Part shown: piece by piece, positions 59,097 to 64,000 of the stretch
How the letters are laid out: the number at the start of each line of letters is the position of its first letter
How positions within the stretch are numbered: position 1 is the stretch's first letter
Source: Syntrophorhabdaceae bacterium
GTDB taxonomy: Bacteria > Desulfobacterota > Syntrophorhabdia > Syntrophorhabdales > Syntrophorhabdaceae
NCBI GenBank assembly: GCA_963666485.2
Contig: CAXXUO010000004.1
Coordinates: forward strand, 224,001 to 288,000
Length of the DNA stretch: 64,000 nt
Reading direction: 5' to 3'
The notes under the pieces: model-generated
Database searches by the model: none
What the model saw: the letters and a program-made list of their open reading frames with translations, nothing else
Told to the model about the DNA's origin: nothing
Made by a program: the position numbers and the translations under genes

Positions 59097-59312
59097 TCAG
59101 GCTTCCTGTTTTCTCTTTTCGCTGCCATACCAGTCGCTGTTATACCAATAGCGCATGGCGGTGCGTATGAACCCGAGCCTCTCGTCGCGCGATGCAAGCT
59201 TTCCGCGCCAGTCCGCGCTTTCATCGGGTTTGCCTTCTTCATATGTCGCGCCGAGGACCTTCACCTTCTTCCCCGAAAAATCTTCCTTTTCCTCATAGGA
59301 GTACCTATTCAT
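59097..59312 (-). CDS. 71-aa hypothetical protein inside the acs operon
   Basis: Fills the folD-acsD gap, same strand, starts 7 nt after the folD stop with an AAGGA RBS. Confidence 0.75.
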   Translation of the reverse strand: MNRYSYEEKEDFSGKKVKVLGATYEEGKPDESADWRGKLASRDERLGFIRTAMRYWYNSDWYGSEKRKQEA

Positions 59313-59319
59313 ATCACAT

Positions 59320-60204
59320 CTATCCTTTTGCGGCCAACTCAGCCGCCTTGAGCGTATTCTGCATGAGCATCGTGATCGTCATCGGCCCGACCCCGCCGGG
59401 GACCGGCGTGATCACGGACGCCTTTTCCTTTACGGCCTCAAAATCGACATCCCCGCAGAGTTTCGCCTTGCCCTCGGGGGTCATGCCGATCCTGTTGACG
59501 CCGACATCGATCACGACCGCCCCGTCCTTCACCATGTCCGCGGTGATCGCCTTCGCCCTGCCGGCCGCAACGATAAGGATGTCGGCCTTCGTCGTATGCG
59601 ATGCAAGGTCGCGCGTTGCCGTGTGACACATTGTCACCGTGGCGTTCGCACCGGCCTCCTTCTGGACGAGCATCATCGAAATGGGTTTGCCCACGAGATT
59701 GCTGCGCCCCACAACGACGACCTCCGCACCCTTCGTCTCGATGCCGGCTATTGCGAGCAATTCCCTGATGCCGAACGGCGTGCAGGGGTAGAACCGTGCC
59801 TGACCGATCATGAGCCTTCCCAGGTTCGTCGGGTGCAGGCCGTCCACGTCCTTATCCGGATCGATCGCGTTGAGGACGCGGGTCTCATTGATATGCGCGG
59901 GCAGCGGAAGCTGCACCAGGATTCCGTGGATCTTCGGGTCCTTATTGTAGCGTTCGACAAGCCGCACAAGGTCGTCTTCGGTGATATTCCCGGGCTGGTC
60001 ATCCTGCACGGAATAGAACCCCAGTTCTTTAGCCGTCTTCTGCTTGCCGGTGACGTAGCTTACCGAGGCAGGGTTGTTGCCGACGAGGATCGTGACGAGC
60101 CCCGGGGTGACCCCGTGGGCATCGCGCAATGCGATCACGTCCCGCGCTATCCTCTCGCGAACCAGTTTTGCCGTTTCAGTTCCGCTTATGATCCTTGCCG
60201 TCAT
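59320..60204 (-). CDS. folD: Methylene-THF dehydrogenase / methenyl-THF cyclohydrolase
   Basis: GILVQLPLP, KDVDG, PCTP, GRSNLVGKP, TPVPGGVGPMT. Confidence 0.97.
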   Translation of the reverse strand: MTARIISGTETAKLVRERIARDVIALRDAHGVTPGLVTILVGNNPASVSYVTGKQKTAKELGFYSVQDDQPGNITEDDLVRLVERYNKDPKIHGILVQLPLPAHINETRVLNAIDPDKDVDGLHPTNLGRLMIGQARFYPCTPFGIRELLAIAGIETKGAEVVVVGRSNLVGKPISMMLVQKEAGANATVTMCHTATRDLASHTTKADILIVAAGRAKAITADMVKDGAVVIDVGVNRIGMTPEGKAKLCGDVDFEAVKEKASVITPVPGGVGPMTITMLMQNTLKAAELAAKG

Positions 60205-60956
60205 ATCTCTCCTATTGTCTTACGAAAGACCGCGTAAGCATCTTTTAAGGCGTCGGATGCGCGATCGAGCTGAAATATGGAATTCCCCGCCGAGTCGTTC
60301 TCCATGAGAAGATCATCATTCATGATGGTCCCCGTTATCGCAACCGACCTTTCCCCGGCCGCACGCAGCAACGCCTCTTTATTGCGAGCATCGACACGAT
60401 TCACGATGACCTCGGTCTTCCCGATCGTGAGCCCGAGTTCGCCGATGATGGACAGGATACGGGACACCGTGAGGATTCCCCGCGGCGTCGGGTCCGACAC
60501 AACATAGAGGACGTCGACATCCTGCGTGACGAGCCTGCTCATGTGCTCCATACCCGCCTCGTTATCGACGACAACAAAAGGGTAATTCGACTTAAGGGCG
60601 TCGATGTATTTCTTCGCAAGGCTGTTTGCAGCGCAATAGCACCCCGGCCCTTCCGGCCGCCCCATTACCAGGAGATCGAAACCCTTCGCCTCGATCACGG
60701 CCTCCTGCACCTTGTACTCGACCCAGGTGTCCTTGGCCATGCCCGCCGGAACGTCCTTCTTCAGGTCTTCGCGCGCCTGGCCTATCGTTGAGAGCACGGA
60801 AACACCGAGTATCTCGTTGAGGTTGGAGTTGGGATCGGCGTCCACGGCAAGGATGGGACCCTTCTTTACCTCTTCGATAAGGTACCGGACCAGCATCCCG
60901 CCGAGCGTCGTCTTGCCTACCCCGCCTTTACCGGCAAAAGCGAAAACGCGGGTCAT
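60201..60956 (-). CDS. cooC: CODH/ACS nickel-insertion ATPase (CooC/AcsF family)
   Basis: GKGGVGKT, VDADP, GPGCYC, DNEAGMEH. Confidence 0.93.
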   Translation of the reverse strand: MTRVFAFAGKGGVGKTTLGGMLVRYLIEEVKKGPILAVDADPNSNLNEILGVSVLSTIGQAREDLKKDVPAGMAKDTWVEYKVQEAVIEAKGFDLLVMGRPEGPGCYCAANSLAKKYIDALKSNYPFVVVDNEAGMEHMSRLVTQDVDVLYVVSDPTPRGILTVSRILSIIGELGLTIGKTEVIVNRVDARNKEALLRAAGERSVAITGTIMNDDLLMENDSAGNSIFQLDRASDALKDAYAVFRKTIGEI

Positions 60957-60966
60957 AAAGAACCCC

Positions 60967-61106
60967 GGGCGATGGGCGATGGGCGATGGGCGATGGGAAA
61001 AACAAAAAACAAATTATCGATATTCTTTACCCCATTGCCCATTGCCCATCGCCTATCGCCTTCTATTTTTTTCCTCTTGCCCATTGCCTATCGCCCATCG
61101 CCTATC
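60967..61106. repeat. Inverted heptamer arms (GGGCGAT / CCYATYG) between acsV and cooC
   Basis: (GGGCGAT)4 against two blocks at 61031-61061 and 61077-61106; the second overlaps the acsV stop. Confidence 0.92.
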
Positions 61107-63019
61107 ATCTTTACCGTCTCCGGAAACATTTTCTCATCCGTATGGGGGAGGAACATTGCCGCCATGAACTCATGCATGAACTGCGTGTTGCCGGAAAGCT
61201 CTATGTTCGTCATCGATCGCGCTATATCGGCGGCCTTTTCGTAAAAGCAGCGCGATAAAGCGGCCATCCGCGCGCCGCCGAGCGAGGCGTTCCCCATGAA
61301 CCGGAAACGGCTGACCGGGAGCTCGGGAAGAAGCCCGATGATCATCGCCTTTTCTATGTCGATCGAATGGCCGAATCCCCCTGCTATGATCACCGACTCG
61401 AGGTCTGTGAAATGTATGCCCCCGTTCTGGAGAAGGACCGTGCATCCGGCATACACCGCGCCCTTTGTCCTCATGATATTGTCGAGATCTATCTCGGTCA
61501 GCACTATATCCCGCTCGATCCCGGTCTCAGAGGCAAAGCAGAGAACGTACTCCATTCCGTTTGCGCCCTGCCGCAGGCGCCTGCCCTCTTTCCGCACGGA
61601 GAATTTCCCATTCCTGTCGATAGCCCCGGCCATGAAAAGCCCGGCCACGAGATCGATCAGTCCCGACCCGCATATCCCGAGCGGCCGGGCGCGGCTGATC
61701 GTGAGCAGCATCGGCTCGAGCGTCACCGGATTGATATGGACCTTTTCGATCGCCCCGGGCGCGGCCCGCATGCCGAACTCAATGCCGCCTCCCTCGAAGG
61801 CCGGCCCGGCGGAACACGATGCGCACAGGAGCCATTCATCGTTCCCGAGCACGATCTCGCCGTTCGTCCCGATGTCCATGAAGAGCGATATCCCTTTCTG
61901 TTCCGTCATTCCCGACAGGGCGACCCCCGAGACGATATCGCCGCCGACGTACGACGAGACCCCGGGGACCGAATAAACCCGCGCATCGAGTTCCGGCATG
62001 AACCCGAGGTCACGAGCATCCCAGGGAGAAAACGATGCGGCCGCAGGGGTGTACGGCGCCAGCATGATGTGCGTGGGGTCGATGCGGTAAAAGAGGTGCA
62101 TCATCGTCGTATTCCCGGCGACGACGATATGCGTGACATCCGCGGCATCGATCTTCGCCTCCCGTATGATCTCCGAGATAAGCCCGTTTATCGTCGCGAC
62201 GACCACGTCGTGGAGTTTTTTGAGCCCCCGGCGTTTCCGGCAATACATTATCCGCGTGATAACGTCTTCCCCGAAGCTGATCTGCCTGTTGTAATCCGTA
62301 GAGGATGCGACGACCTCAGGGCCGGCGGATAAGGACCGGCAGTCGATAAGTTCCGCAGAAATGGTCGTTGTCCCGATGTCGACCGCGACCGCATAATGCA
62401 TATCCTCGCGATCTCCCCGGGCAATGCGGATGATCTCACATGCATCCCCGGCAACATCCGCGGTCACCATCCATTGCGCCTCGCGCAGGTTGAGGCTGAG
62501 ATCGCGCAGAACGCTCGGCCGCATCGCGGGTTCGTCACAATCAGCCCTGGCTGAAACAGCACGTGCGACGCGCGCGGCATCCGAAATGTTATCGTTGATA
62601 TCGGGACGCGGAAGCTCACAGTAATACCGCCCCACCAGGGGTTCCTGCCCGCAGCTTTGCAGCACGGCAGCATCCGCAGAAGCATTCAGCTCATTCAATA
62701 TAACGGTGCGTGTGAGGACGCTCCTGTCGATCTGGGATTCGAGAGGGACCTCGATCACGGCATCCCCCGTTATCGCAGAATTGCACGCAAGACTAAACCC
62801 CATCGCCCGGTCAGCCTCGGAAAGGAGCGGGCTCGACGCTGAATCTACAGACCCGCCGGCGATACGGACCCTGCATTTGCCGCACACACCCCGGCCCCCG
62901 CACGAGGCATTGATGTGCACCCCGGCCTGCAGCGCTATCTCGAGAAGGTTCTCTCCCTTTGCAGCCGGATAGACCCTGTCTATCGGCAGAAACTTTATCC
63001 TGTATTCTTCTTCTGGCAT
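61088..63019 (-). CDS. acsV: Corrinoid reductive activator (RACo/AcsV; 2Fe-2S + ASKHA ATPase)
   Basis: CGGRGVCGKC ferredoxin, VDIGTTT, DIGTNGE, SAGPAFEG, GICGSG, AGGFG. Confidence 0.92.
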   Translation of the reverse strand: MPEEEYRIKFLPIDRVYPAAKGENLLEIALQAGVHINASCGGRGVCGKCRVRIAGGSVDSASSPLLSEADRAMGFSLACNSAITGDAVIEVPLESQIDRSVLTRTVILNELNASADAAVLQSCGQEPLVGRYYCELPRPDINDNISDAARVARAVSARADCDEPAMRPSVLRDLSLNLREAQWMVTADVAGDACEIIRIARGDREDMHYAVAVDIGTTTISAELIDCRSLSAGPEVVASSTDYNRQISFGEDVITRIMYCRKRRGLKKLHDVVVATINGLISEIIREAKIDAADVTHIVVAGNTTMMHLFYRIDPTHIMLAPYTPAAASFSPWDARDLGFMPELDARVYSVPGVSSYVGGDIVSGVALSGMTEQKGISLFMDIGTNGEIVLGNDEWLLCASCSAGPAFEGGGIEFGMRAAPGAIEKVHINPVTLEPMLLTISRARPLGICGSGLIDLVAGLFMAGAIDRNGKFSVRKEGRRLRQGANGMEYVLCFASETGIERDIVLTEIDLDNIMRTKGAVYAGCTVLLQNGGIHFTDLESVIIAGGFGHSIDIEKAMIIGLLPELPVSRFRFMGNASLGGARMAALSRCFYEKAADIARSMTNIELSGNTQFMHEFMAAMFLPHTDEKMFPETVKMIGDGR

Positions 63020-63188
63020 AGTATTTTAGACACACCATTCTACCAAATTATCATATCTTTGAACATACCCTAATTGTAACTTTATTTGACCCTTCAAAGC
63101 CGAACATCAGAACCTGTTCAGTATCATAAATAAAGATATACCGCTGCGGAGTCTAATTACTTCAACCAGTATTTTCAATAAATTAACA

Positions 63189-63233
63189 TTGACAAACATT
63201 GGTCGATATTATATACTGTTCATCATAATGAAT
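63189..63233 (+). promoter_or_regulatory. sigma70 promoter and overlapping palindrome of the IclR gene
   Basis: TTGACA-N17-TATACT followed by TTCAT-N4-ATGAA. Confidence 0.7.
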
Positions 63234-63234
63234 T

Positions 63235-63984
63235 ATGTATAGTGCGCCCGTCATAAAGAAAACATTTGAGGTCCTGTCCCTCGTTGTGGACAGCAAGCGG
63301 CCGCTCGGCGTGACCGAGATAGCGAGGACGCTCGCCCTGAGCAAGAGCACCGTTTTCGGCATACTGAAGGCCCTCCAGGAAGGCAACCTCATCGTCAAGA
63401 GCAAGTCGACGAAGAGATACGCGGTCGGCGAGGAGCTTTTCAAAATAGCGAAACGGGTGCTTCAGGGAGGAGAGCTCAGCGCGATCGCCCGGCCGTTCAT
63501 GGAAAAACTCGTTGAGGACGTCGACGAGACCGTGTTCCTGTGCGTCCGCGAGGACAGCCTCGTCAAAGTGATCGACACGATCGAGACCCGGAAGAAACTG
63601 AAGATATCATCGCCCGTCGGCACCCGGCTTCCCATCACGGCATCCGTGTTCTGCAAGGCATTCCTCGCCCCGATGCAGGACCACGAGATCCGCGATTTCC
63701 TCAGGGAAAAGGGCCTGCCGAAATACACGGAGAACAGCATTACCGATATGGATCGTTTTCTGGAAGAGATACGGGTCACGCGCAACCGGAACTACAGCCT
63801 CGACCTCGAGGAGTACCTCATGGGCGTCAGGGCCATAGCCACGCTCGTTTATGCAAACGACTACCCTGTCGGGGCCATTTGCATACTCGGTTTTACCGGG
63901 TCGATGCCGACGGAGAAATTGCCGGACATGGCCGAGCGCCTGATCGGGACAGCCCGCAAGATATCGGAAAGACTCTCCCAGTAA
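63235..63984 (+). CDS. IclR family transcriptional regulator
   Basis: HTH LGVTEIAR.L.LSKSTVFGIL, ETVFL, VGTRLP, Y..D.EE...GVRAIA. Confidence 0.95.
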   Translation: MYSAPVIKKTFEVLSLVVDSKRPLGVTEIARTLALSKSTVFGILKALQEGNLIVKSKSTKRYAVGEELFKIAKRVLQGGELSAIARPFMEKLVEDVDETVFLCVREDSLVKVIDTIETRKKLKISSPVGTRLPITASVFCKAFLAPMQDHEIRDFLREKGLPKYTENSITDMDRFLEEIRVTRNRNYSLDLEEYLMGVRAIATLVYANDYPVGAICILGFTGSMPTEKLPDMAERLIGTARKISERLSQ

Positions 63985-64000
63985 CCACCCCTTTGCCCTT

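Overview
This is a 64 kb stretch of chromosome from an anaerobic, diderm bacterium; the gene content suggests Desulfobacterota (a Syntrophorhabdus-like deltaproteobacterium), which is inference only. I found no rRNA, tRNA, CRISPR array, integrase or transposase. The left ~30 kb is accessory: NosL pair, FKBP PPIase, ureohydrolase, an exported TPR-CHAT protease, signalling proteins, adc/hbd/gldA-like enzymes, a K+ channel, Ivy, a beta-CASP nuclease, and a yybP-ykoY Mn riboswitch ahead of a UPF0016 exporter. The middle is housekeeping (addAB, tatD, serS, proC, pcm, rpoS-like sigma, murJ, a large GH13). The right end holds a Wood-Ljungdahl CODH/ACS operon (acsV-cooC-folD-orf-acsD-cooS-acsB-acsC-acsE) divergent from an IclR regulator. 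Main unexplained signals: (1) an unannotated 43-aa secreted-peptide gene with its own promoter, RBS and hairpin directly upstream of the exported TPR-CHAT protease, a candidate peptide-gated caspase-like system; (2) a compact four-way-junction RNA candidate at 11056-11126; (3) three families of intergenic repeats (7-nt tandem arrays that start at stop codons and punctuate the acs operon, CGTC-tagged REP doublets, and a multi-hairpin inverted-repeat element), sometimes nested; (4) a membrane-protein gene frameshifted at a C7 tract; (5) an uncharacterised 71-aa gene inside the acs operon.
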